The notes under the pieces: generated by a model
What the model saw: only the letters and a program-made list of their open reading frames with translations
Databases searched by the model: none
What the model was told of the DNA's origin: nothing
Origin: an uncultured bacterium
GTDB taxonomy: Bacteria; Patescibacteriota; Minisyncoccia; Phycocordibacterales; GWA1-40-21
Assembly (NCBI GenBank): GCA_903823865.1
Contig: CAIJUJ010000033.1
Coordinates: 1 to 43,866, forward strand
Length of the DNA stretch: 43,866 nucleotides
Direction of reading: 5' to 3'
Part shown: positions 20,126-28,372 of the stretch, piece after piece
Position numbering within the stretch: position 1 is the first letter of the stretch
How the letters are laid out: every line of letters begins with the position of its first letter
Translations under genes and position numbers: made by a program

Positions 20126-20638
20126 ATGTTCATACCAGGCGAATTAATAGCACTGCTAACTTTTCCGGGAGTAATATTACACGAGTGGGCACACAAGAAG
20201 TTTTGTGATTGGAGTAAGGTCACAGTTTTCAAAGTAAAATATTTTCAATTTTGGAATAGGGAAGCGGGTTTTGTATTGCATGAACAACCAACAAAATTGA
20301 GCCAGACTTTTTGGATTTCAGTTGGCCCTCTACTATTTAATTCAATTCTTGTAATCATACTTGGATATATTATTGTGCACATTGTTCCAAGCACTTTCAA
20401 ATATTATCTATTGCTATGGCTTGCATTTTCTACAGGTCTTCACGCTTTTCCAAGCAATCCAGACGCGCAGAATGTTTTGAGTGATAGTAAAGAATTATTA
20501 GCAAAACACAGATTTCGTTTTTGGTATTATTTTGCTTATCCATTTTTCGGTTTGATTTGGCTTGCAAATAGATTGAGAGTTTATTGGTTTGATGTTTTTT
20601 ACACCGTTTTTTTAATTTATATTGGAATGTCAATCTAA
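20126..20638 (+). CDS. Membrane zincin-like metalloprotease (DUF3267-like)
   Basis: FPGVILHEWAH (HExxH), ISVGPL, HAFPSNPD. Confidence 0.75.
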   Translation: MFIPGELIALLTFPGVILHEWAHKKFCDWSKVTVFKVKYFQFWNREAGFVLHEQPTKLSQTFWISVGPLLFNSILVIILGYIIVHIVPSTFKYYLLLWLAFSTGLHAFPSNPDAQNVLSDSKELLAKHRFRFWYYFAYPFFGLIWLANRLRVYWFDVFYTVFLIYIGMSI

Positions 20639-20668
20639 ATTAATCGTTCAATTCTTTTTCTATCCTAA

Positions 20669-20710
20669 TAAACTTATTCTCAAATTCTTAAGAATTTGAG
20701 AATAAGTTTA
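20669..20710. repeat. Perfect 42-bp palindrome, copy A
   Basis: TAAACTTATTCTCAAATTCTT|AAGAATTTGAGAATAAGTTTA. Confidence 0.9.
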
Positions 20711-21001
20711 GAAGTTTAAAATAATTTCAACTATCTTTTTCCCATAAGGGGATATGCTGTGCTCTACCGTATGACCATTGTATTTTTTATTAAGTAAACC
20801 AGCACCAACCAATCTTCTTGTATGCTCGGCTGTTGTTTTAATATTTGTTTTTAATCTTTCTGTAATTTCAATCAAAGTTATTGATGGATTATTTGCGACA
20901 AGTAAAATAATATCTATTCGTTTTGAATTAGCTACGCCCTTAAAATGTCTCTCAAGTTGTTTAGATGTTTTGGTAATTTTCTTTTCTTTATAATATTTCA
21001 T
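20708..21001 (-). CDS. ArsR-like winged-helix regulator
   Basis: FKGVANSKRIDII…EITERLKTNIKTTAEHTRRLVGAGLL. Confidence 0.8.
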   Translation of the reverse strand: MKYYKEKKITKTSKQLERHFKGVANSKRIDIILLVANNPSITLIEITERLKTNIKTTAEHTRRLVGAGLLNKKYNGHTVEHSISPYGKKIVEIILNF

Positions 21002-21034
21002 TTTGTTTATATATTTACGTTGTTATCTGATTTA

Positions 21035-21070
21035 TTATATTCTCAAATTCTTAAGAAATTGAGAATATAA
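21035..21070. repeat. 36-bp palindrome (1 mismatch), copy B
   Basis: TTATATTCTCAAATTCTT|AAGAAATTGAGAATATAA. Confidence 0.9.
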
Positions 21071-21099
21071 ATATTGTTAATAAATTATTACTTAATTTT

Positions 21100-21969
21100 T
21101 TAAGTTAAACGAATTTCTCCCATACTTTCTTTTATCAATCCTTTAATCTCCATTATTGAAAGGACGGTACTTGCTTTTGACACTGGCATTTTTAGTGCAC
21201 GGATTAATTCATCTTTTTCCATTGGCTCGGTGAGAATTTTTATTACAAGTAATTCTTCTTCTGAACAATCAGAATATTTAAGTTCTAAGTTTTGGGGTGT
21301 TTCATCTATTTTAAAACCAAGTGCTTCTAAAATATCCTCGCTACTTCTCACTGGTGTTGCACCAAGTCGTATTAGCATATTTGGTCCTTCAGAGTTTTTA
21401 GAAAATATTGAGCCGGGGACTGTGAGCACCTCTCTATTGTATTCGGTTGCAAATTTTGAAGTAATAAGTGTGCCTGATTTTATTTCCGCTTCTATGACAA
21501 GCACCGCATGAGAAAGCCCAGCCATTATTCTATTTCTTTGTGGAAAGCTATATGGTGTGGCTCGAAACTTTGGTTCAAATTCTGAAATAAGTGCACCACC
21601 TTTTTCTAAAATTTTCTCTGCAAGCTGTCTGTGTGAGCTTGGATAAAGAACTGATTCATGAAGTCCAGAGCCGGGCACAGCAACCGTCTTTAAACCAGCA
21701 TCCAAGGCTGATTTGTGGGCAATTCCATCAATACCAAGAGCAAGACCTGAAACTATACATATATTGTATCCGCGAAGGCCAGAAATAAGCTTCTCACAAA
21801 CATCTTTCCCATATTGAGTATATTTGCGGGAGCCAACAACGCAGAGAATTTTTGTGTCAGGTGAGGGAAGTTGTCCTTGGTAATATATTTTTTCTGGTGC
21901 GTCGGTAATTTCCTGCAGCATTTCTGGCAAATTTTTCTTTTCAAGTATTTTAATTTCAAAATCTTTCAT
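21100..21969 (-). CDS. dprA: DNA-processing protein DprA
   Basis: VVGSRK, VSGLALGIDG, FPQRNRI, SGTLIT. Confidence 0.96.
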   Translation of the reverse strand: MKDFEIKILEKKNLPEMLQEITDAPEKIYYQGQLPSPDTKILCVVGSRKYTQYGKDVCEKLISGLRGYNICIVSGLALGIDGIAHKSALDAGLKTVAVPGSGLHESVLYPSSHRQLAEKILEKGGALISEFEPKFRATPYSFPQRNRIMAGLSHAVLVIEAEIKSGTLITSKFATEYNREVLTVPGSIFSKNSEGPNMLIRLGATPVRSSEDILEALGFKIDETPQNLELKYSDCSEEELLVIKILTEPMEKDELIRALKMPVSKASTVLSIMEIKGLIKESMGEIRLT

Positions 21970-22008
21970 GTTGTTGTTAATTTTAACATTTATTGATAAT
22001 ATATTAAA

Positions 22009-22100
22009 TACGAATCAACGAATTATGCGAATAATACGAATGTCTACAAATAATTAATTATTCGTAACCATTCGTTTCATTCGTACATTTGTATATTCGT
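22009..22100. repeat. Inverted array of ACGAAT / ATTCGT motifs
   Basis: About 5 ACGAAT-like units then about 5 ATTCGT-like units, 8-10 nt period, between divergent dprA and serS. Confidence 0.75.
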
Positions 22101-22110
22101 AAACAAAATC

Positions 22111-23388
22111 ATGTTAGACATTAAATTCATCAGAGAAAATAAAGAACTCATAATTGAGGGTGCAAGAAAAAAGCATATCAAGTTTGACCCATCAGATTTG
22201 ATAAAAGTAGATGACAAGAGGAAAGAGCTGCTTTCAGAAATAGAAAAGATGCGAGCAGAGCAAAATGAGGTATCTGTTCGTCTTCCACAGCTCAAAGAAG
22301 CAGGCCAAAAAGCCGAGCTTATTGGTCAAATGAAAATTTTGAAAGAAAAGTTGCAGAAAGAAGAAGAAAAATTGAAAGAGGTAATGCAAGAATGGCAGAC
22401 ACTTATGCTCCAGGTTCCAAATGTTCCAGACGTCTCTGTTCCAGAAGGAAATGGTGAAGATGATAATGTTGAGGTAAAAGTTTGGGGTGAAATTCCTAAA
22501 ATGGATTTTAAGCCAAAAGACCATATTGAACTTATGGAAAAATTGGACCTAGCTGATTTTGAAGCTGGGACAAAAGTTGCAGGATTCCGTGGATATTTTT
22601 TGAAAAATGAAGCCGCCGAGCTCGAGTTTGCTATTTGGCAATTGACAATAGACTTGTTCAGAGAAAAACATCCAGATTATTCTTTAATGTTTGTTCCATC
22701 ACTTGTAAAGAGAGAAGCACTTCTAGGAACTGGTTATCTTCCACAAGGCGAAGAAGAAATTTATAAAACACAAGACAATGATTATTTGGCAGGTACTGCA
22801 GAAGTTGCCACAATGGGATTTTATTCTGACAAAACTTTGAAAAAAATAGACTTACCAAAAAAGACGATATCTTTTTCTCCATGTTTTAGAAGAGAGGCAG
22901 GAAGCTACAGTAAAGATACAAAAGGAATAATGCGAGTTCATGAATTTTATAAATTTGAGCAAGTTATTATTGGTGAAGCAAGCCACGAGACATCTGTAAA
23001 ATATCATGAGGAATTACTTTTAAATGCAGAAGAAATTTTACAAGCTATGGGCATTCCATATCATGTAGTTGTTTGTTGTGGAGCCGAAATAGGGCTTGGA
23101 CATGTTAAAAAATATGATATTGAAGTTTGGGTACCATCTCAAAATAAGTACAGAGAATCACATTCATGCTCATATTTTCATGATTTTCAGACAAGAAGAT
23201 TAAATATTAGATACAAAGATACAGATGGTAAAACAAAGTTTACACACTCATTAAACAATACAGCTATCGCAACACCAAGAATTATTATTGCAATACTTGA
23301 GAACAATCAACAAGCAGATGGCTCAATAAAAATTCCTGAAGGATTGAGGAAGTATATGGGAGGGAAGGAGTACATAGGCATAAAATAG
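22111..23388 (+). CDS. serS: Serine--tRNA ligase
   Basis: MLDIKFIRE, GTAEV, CFRREAGS, RVHEFYKFEQ, LNNTAIATPR. Confidence 0.98.
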   Translation: MLDIKFIRENKELIIEGARKKHIKFDPSDLIKVDDKRKELLSEIEKMRAEQNEVSVRLPQLKEAGQKAELIGQMKILKEKLQKEEEKLKEVMQEWQTLMLQVPNVPDVSVPEGNGEDDNVEVKVWGEIPKMDFKPKDHIELMEKLDLADFEAGTKVAGFRGYFLKNEAAELEFAIWQLTIDLFREKHPDYSLMFVPSLVKREALLGTGYLPQGEEEIYKTQDNDYLAGTAEVATMGFYSDKTLKKIDLPKKTISFSPCFRREAGSYSKDTKGIMRVHEFYKFEQVIIGEASHETSVKYHEELLLNAEEILQAMGIPYHVVVCCGAEIGLGHVKKYDIEVWVPSQNKYRESHSCSYFHDFQTRRLNIRYKDTDGKTKFTHSLNNTAIATPRIIIAILENNQQADGSIKIPEGLRKYMGGKEYIGIK

Positions 23389-23418
23389 TTTCAAGTTTAA
23401 AAGTTAAAAGCAAATACA

Positions 23419-23452
23419 AAAAAGGACGGCTCGCAAGCGAGCCGTCCTTTTT
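23419..23452. terminator. Bidirectional terminator
   Basis: AAAAAGGACGGCTCGC-AA-GCGAGCCGTCCTTTTT. Confidence 0.75.
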
Positions 23453-23494
23453 TCCAAAAGTAAAGCCCCGCAAATTAATGCGGGGCCCAGAACG

Positions 23495-23650
23495 TTAATA
23501 TTGGCCATAGGGGTGATGAGCAACCGCAACTGATAAATCTGATTGAGACATGGAGTTCTCCAACCCCATTTCCCAATAAGCGAGTATTACATCTTGAAGC
23601 CAATTATTTTTTTCTTGCTTCACCACTTTTAAGTTAGTTTTATCTTCCAT
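23495..23650 (-). CDS. Small hypothetical protein (51 aa, MEDKTNLK…)
   Basis: SD AGGAGGAG; TTGACA-17-TACCAT promoter (23731-23703); flanked by GC hairpins. Confidence 0.5.
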   Translation of the reverse strand: MEDKTNLKVVKQEKNNWLQDVILAYWEMGLENSMSQSDLSVAVAHHPYGQY

Positions 23651-23799
23651 TGCTCCTCCTAGGTTTTGACAGTAAAAAAATGAAGCTTGTACATCTGAAT
23701 AAATGGTATAATTATCAAATAAGTTTGTCAAACAATAAGGCGGGCGCTTCGCGCCCGCCTTTTTACTGTTTAGTTTTTTCATTCAATAGGTGAATATTC

Positions 23800-23937
23800 A
23801 CCCGCTAAAGTTTTTGCCAATGTTTGTTAAAAATTGCTTTTAAAAACATAATCATAATTTATATATTTATATGCTATAATTTTCTTAATCATAAGGTCGG
23901 AACAAACAATTTTTATTGGCAAAAATTTTTCTCGGGT
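23800..23937 (+). repeat. 138-bp inverted-arm promoter element, copy 2 (before ftsQ)
   Basis: ACCCGCTAAAGTTTTTGCCAATGTTTGTTAAAAATT…TGCTATAAT…AACAAACAATTTTTATTGGCAAAAATTTTTCTCGGGT-AA-ATG. Confidence 0.9.
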
Positions 23938-23939
23938 AA

Positions 23940-24764
23940 ATGTCATACCAAAGATCAAATATAAGCACATCTTTACGCAGAAAGAGGCAAATGAGTCTTT
24001 TAAAAAAGATTGGAGTTTATTTTATTTTTATTTTATTTTTTATTTGTTCAGCAAATTATGGTTTGACTGCAAATGCGGTTCGTATTAAAAATGTTGTTGT
24101 TTCTGGAAATAATTCTGTTGCAACTGAAGATATTTTAAAAATTGTAAATACTGAACTCGACGAAGTTTATCTTAAAGTTACACCTACCGACAATATTCTT
24201 TTGCTTAGAAGTTCAACGATTGAAAATAAAGTTTTGAACACTTATAAAAAAATAGGAAAGGTTGATGTTATCATTCGTGGAATTACCAGTATTGAGATTG
24301 TGGTCACAGAAAGAAAATCTGATAATTTATGGTGTAAAGGTACACCGGCAGAAAGTAAAGGTTGTTATTTTATGGACTCGAGTGGATTTATTTTTGAAGA
24401 TGCTCCGATTTTTTCAAACAATAGTTTCCCAGAATATTTTGGTTTAATTTCAGACACAAACCCAATAGGCCAAATATATTTTGGTGATAATTTTAAAAAT
24501 ATTTCGAATTTATACAATGCGCTAAAAACAATGTCGTTTCAGCCACAGTATTTTAATGCTTTAAATGAACATGAATATGAGGTTTATATTTTGGGTGGAG
24601 GCAAAATTTTGATAAATGACAAAAAATCTTTTGAATCATCACTGACAAATCTTCAAGCTTTGGTTGATAACAAATACATTGCAAATGATAGTGCATCATT
24701 AAAGAAAATTAAATATGTTGATTTGAGATTTGGAAATAAAGTGAATTTTGAGTTGAATAAATAG
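23940..24764 (+). CDS. ftsQ: Cell division protein FtsQ/DivIB
   Basis: Basic N-terminus, one TM, POTRA (IKNVVVSGN), C-terminal YVDLRFGNKV. Confidence 0.8.
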   Translation: MSYQRSNISTSLRRKRQMSLLKKIGVYFIFILFFICSANYGLTANAVRIKNVVVSGNNSVATEDILKIVNTELDEVYLKVTPTDNILLLRSSTIENKVLNTYKKIGKVDVIIRGITSIEIVVTERKSDNLWCKGTPAESKGCYFMDSSGFIFEDAPIFSNNSFPEYFGLISDTNPIGQIYFGDNFKNISNLYNALKTMSFQPQYFNALNEHEYEVYILGGGKILINDKKSFESSLTNLQALVDNKYIANDSASLKKIKYVDLRFGNKVNFELNK

Positions 24765-24765
24765 G

Positions 24766-24838
24766 TGTCATTCCCGCGTAGGCGGGAATCTAGGTTGTCT
24801 TGTATTAATTATGGATTCCCGCCTACGCGGGAATGACA
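24766..24838. repeat. 73-bp dRS3/REP-like double palindrome, copy 1
   Basis: TGTCATTCCCGCGTAGGCGGGAATC…GATTCCCGCCTACGCGGGAATGACA. Confidence 0.85.
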
Positions 24839-24841
24839 ATA

Positions 24842-26740
24842 CTAAATCAACGAATCTGGATCAACATTTACCAGCACATCCATAGGCAAGTTTTTTAATT
24901 TCTCATACAAATCTTTTTCTGGCCATTTACTAGATACGATTTTAATTATTCCATTTACACCAAATTTTCCCTTTGATTGAGGAATAAAAGCTGGGAATAT
25001 ATCAATTTCAAATGGCTCAATCATTCTTTGAATATCTTGCACTAGTCCGAGCACCTCGTTTCTATTACCAATAATTGAAATTTTTATGAGTGTAGTAAAA
25101 GGTGGAAAATGTAATTTTTCTCTATCGTCAATTTCGTCTCTATAAAAATCTACAAGATTTCCTTTCACCGCATAATCAAAAACTTTCTGCGTTATATCTC
25201 TTGTTTGAATAATAAAATGTTTGTCAGTAATTGAACGGATTTTTAAAAGTATATTCAAAATTCTTTCATTGATTCTAAAATCAGGGATTGAAAAGAATGA
25301 ATCTATTGAAACAACCGCAGTGTTTTCTATTTTTTCTGTCAGATATAAAAGCGCCATTTCTGTTCCTACTAAAATTCCTTGTGGTGAATTATAAAATTTC
25401 TCTGCAACTTCCTCAGCTTTCTTGTGTGTTTTTGTTGCATCAGCATCAATTCTAAAAATGTTTGCTTTTGGATAAAGCTCTTTAACTTTTTCTTCCACAA
25501 GTTCAGAACCAATACCAAGTGTCGCAAGTCTCCATCCTCCACAATAAGAACATTTTTCTACAGCACTTCTTCTTTCTCCACATTTATGACAAAGAAAGAA
25601 ATTTTCTGCTGTAGATCTATGAAGTACCGTATGCGCTCCACAAGAATTACATTTTACGACATTTCCACAGTCTGCACATACAGTAGAAGGGGAAAGTCCT
25701 CTTCTTCCGGAAAAAATAAACATGTGTTCATTGTTTTCTATATTATCTTGTATTTTTTTTATGAACTCTTCACTTAAAACTGAAAAATATGTTTTCGTAT
25801 CATTTTTTTTGATAGTTCTCATATCTATGATTTCCTGCGTTGAGGTTGTCAGTGAGCGAAATTTTAAAGACATAAGTTCAACAAGCTCTCCTTTTTTTTG
25901 TCTCCAAATAGTATCTGTTCGCAAAAGCAAGTCCCCAAAAATTATTTTTGAATTTGTTTTTGTGGCAAACATTTCGGCAAACTTTCTGATATCTATATAA
26001 GGTCTCGTTTGCATTTTATAAGACCTAGAATTTTCTTTGTCCAAAATTATCGTTCCAATATTACTTTTTGGAATTGAAAGAAAACTTCCGGTGCCAATAA
26101 TAAGTAAAGGATGTTTTTCAGCTAGAATTTTATTTATAGTGTTTAAAATTTCTTTTTTACCCATTGAACCATGAAGAATATATGTGTATTGTTCAATTCC
26201 TTTGCAAAGGGATTCTTTTGCTTTTTTTATATCTTGGATGGTTGGTAAACAAAAAAATATTGAAGAGTTTTTTGCAAATTCCTCTCTTATGATACTTTTA
26301 TATTGAGCGTATCTATCCTCGTCAGTTGATTGAATTACAAATTTTTCTGCTTTTGTCGTTTTTTTGTGCTCCTCAATTTTGTGCGTTCCAAGTTTTATTT
26401 TTTCAGTATTTTCGAGTAAAACTTTTGGAACAAGAGAATTGAGTACAGAGCCTATCGAGCCAACATAATAGTTTGCAACTGTTTCAGCGGTTTCAATAAA
26501 AATTTTACTCAATAAATGAGAACATTTTGTTTTTGATATTTTTTTGAGAGCAAAAGAAGAATTTTTAATTTCTGTTTTTGATTCTCCAACATCTTTAGAA
26601 CTAATTACTAATGCTGGAATAATTCTCTTTCTCAATGGAACTTTTATTATTGAACCAACAGAAACATCACTTCCAGAAAAATATGAAAGCGTATCGTTTT
26701 TTATGCCTCTTGCTATAGGTATTACTTCAAGTATTTTCAT
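24842..26740 (-). CDS. priA: Primosomal protein N' (PriA) with degenerate helicase motifs
   Basis: N-terminal 3'-binding domain (LSY…GSIIKVPL), RRG + four CxxC, GIGSE, ILVGT, FPPF. Confidence 0.9.
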   Translation of the reverse strand: MKILEVIPIARGIKNDTLSYFSGSDVSVGSIIKVPLRKRIIPALVISSKDVGESKTEIKNSSFALKKISKTKCSHLLSKIFIETAETVANYYVGSIGSVLNSLVPKVLLENTEKIKLGTHKIEEHKKTTKAEKFVIQSTDEDRYAQYKSIIREEFAKNSSIFFCLPTIQDIKKAKESLCKGIEQYTYILHGSMGKKEILNTINKILAEKHPLLIIGTGSFLSIPKSNIGTIILDKENSRSYKMQTRPYIDIRKFAEMFATKTNSKIIFGDLLLRTDTIWRQKKGELVELMSLKFRSLTTSTQEIIDMRTIKKNDTKTYFSVLSEEFIKKIQDNIENNEHMFIFSGRRGLSPSTVCADCGNVVKCNSCGAHTVLHRSTAENFFLCHKCGERRSAVEKCSYCGGWRLATLGIGSELVEEKVKELYPKANIFRIDADATKTHKKAEEVAEKFYNSPQGILVGTEMALLYLTEKIENTAVVSIDSFFSIPDFRINERILNILLKIRSITDKHFIIQTRDITQKVFDYAVKGNLVDFYRDEIDDREKLHFPPFTTLIKISIIGNRNEVLGLVQDIQRMIEPFEIDIFPAFIPQSKGKFGVNGIIKIVSSKWPEKDLYEKLKNLPMDVLVNVDPDSLI

Positions 26741-26742
26741 TT

Positions 26743-26878
26743 ACCCGAGAAAATTTTTGCCAATAAAAATTGTTTGTTCGACTATATAATACAGTGAAAT
26801 TGTATCACAAAATCACCTTATCATGATATTGCCAAATTATTCAATTTTTAACAAATATTGGCAAAAACTTTAACGGGT
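26743..26878 (-). repeat. 136-bp inverted-arm promoter element, copy 3 (before priA)
   Basis: Reverse complement reads ACCCGTTAAAGTTTTTGCCAAT…TGATACAAT…ATTGGCAAAAATTTTCTCGGGT-AA-ATG. Confidence 0.9.
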
Positions 26879-26941
26879 GAATAATGACAGAAAATAGGTA
26901 TTTTTCAACCACTTAATATAAAAATTTGATATAATCTAAAT

Positions 26942-27559
26942 ATGCTTAAAATTTACATTGCGCGCCATGGTCAAAACGTAGATAACAAAAATGGTATTTT
27001 AAATGGTCATCGAGATGAACCACTTACTACTTTAGGTGAGAAACAGGCACAAGAAGTAGCTGAAGAAATCAAGAAAGATAATTTGTATTTTGATGTTGTT
27101 TACTCATCACCCCTTCAAAGAGCATATAAAACTGCAAAAATTATTTCTGATATATCAAATCAGTCACAACCTGTCGTATTAAATGAACTTATTGAAAGGG
27201 ATTTCGGAGTAATGACTGGAATTGAAGCTAAGAGAATTGAAGAATTGTGTGCACCTGAAATTATAAAATCAAAAACTATTACTTATTTTTTAAATCCAAA
27301 AGGTGCTGAAACTTTTGAAGATCTTCTAGAACGTGCTAAAAAACTTCTTAATTTTATTAAGAAAAATCATAATGATAAGTCAGTTCTTTTAGTTACCCAC
27401 GGAGATTTTGGAAAAATGATTTATGCTGAGTTTTATAAATTACCTTGGAAAAAAGTTCTTACAGATTTTCATTTTGGAAACTCTGAGATCCTGTATCTTT
27501 GTGAAAATTGTGATTTAAACAAAACACGCCTCTTCACCAGCAAACAATATAATCATTAA
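26942..27559 (+). CDS. Histidine phosphatase family protein
   Basis: RHG, SSPLQRA, ERDFG, VTHG. Confidence 0.92.
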   Translation: MLKIYIARHGQNVDNKNGILNGHRDEPLTTLGEKQAQEVAEEIKKDNLYFDVVYSSPLQRAYKTAKIISDISNQSQPVVLNELIERDFGVMTGIEAKRIEELCAPEIIKSKTITYFLNPKGAETFEDLLERAKKLLNFIKKNHNDKSVLLVTHGDFGKMIYAEFYKLPWKKVLTDFHFGNSEILYLCENCDLNKTRLFTSKQYNH

Positions 27560-27581
27560 TCTCTAAGCATTTTAATCTTAG
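27560..27581 (-). repeat. 22-bp duplicate of the murA 3' end
   Basis: TCTCTAAGCATTTTAATCTTAG is identical to 28377-28398. Confidence 0.85.
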
Positions 27582-27612
27582 TCACAAGCTATTTCAATCC
27601 ACTAGGTATTAT

Positions 27613-27642
27613 TTGACTTTTTTCTGGGGGGGGGGCTACAAT
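27613..27642 (+). promoter_or_regulatory. Sigma70 promoter with a G10 tract in the spacer
   Basis: TTGACT-TTTTTCT-G10-C-TACAAT (18-nt spacer). Confidence 0.7.
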
Positions 27643-27678
27643 TATAGTGTTAGATTTATTAATTAATATTATAAAAAA

Positions 27679-28317
27679 ATGAAGAATGGACCAGAAAGTT
27701 ATTCACCAGAAGAAATATTAAAAATTGAGAAAAAAAGAACTATATCTGATAGTGATTTGCTTCAAGATGGAGCGGAGTATGTTTTTGATAACAAAAAAAG
27801 TGACAAAAGATTAAAACTATCTGAAACACAATTAAATGATATAACTCCTGATGGTTCAAAGATACAGAAAGAAATTATGGAAGGTAACTTTGAAAATGTA
27901 GAGAAACTAACAGAAATTAATAAAGAAATTGCTAAAATATTATCTTCCTACACTTATCCTGAAAATCACAGAAGGCTTTCTCTAGAAAATTTAAGTTATT
28001 TATCTGATGAATGCGCAGATATATTATTTTCTAATCTCAAAGCCGACGAGGTCCACCTTTCAGGTTTAAAAACTATATCTGATAATGTGGCTAAGAGTAT
28101 AGCAAATTGGTCATATAAAAATAGTCGAAACTTTATTGATCTAGATGGTTTAAATTCAATTTCAGATTCTACAGCAGAAATATTATCGCACCATCATGGG
28201 AATCTCACTCTTAAGGGTTTAACCTCTTTATCTGATAAATCGGGTAGTCTTTTAGCAAGACATTTTGGAGGTGAGCTTCTTATTCCCCAGAGATTTAAGT
28301 CAAAATTAAAAAGATAA
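27679..28317 (+). CDS. Hypothetical protein with 4 LRR-like repeats
   Basis: LSLENLSYLSDECA / LSGLKTISDNVA / LDGLNSISDSTA / LKGLTSLSDKSG. Confidence 0.7.
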   Translation: MKNGPESYSPEEILKIEKKRTISDSDLLQDGAEYVFDNKKSDKRLKLSETQLNDITPDGSKIQKEIMEGNFENVEKLTEINKEIAKILSSYTYPENHRRLSLENLSYLSDECADILFSNLKADEVHLSGLKTISDNVAKSIANWSYKNSRNFIDLDGLNSISDSTAEILSHHHGNLTLKGLTSLSDKSGSLLARHFGGELLIPQRFKSKLKR

Positions 28318-28372
28318 ATAATAATACAAAAGGCTGTTCGCAAAGCGAACCGCCTTTTGTATTTAAAATATT

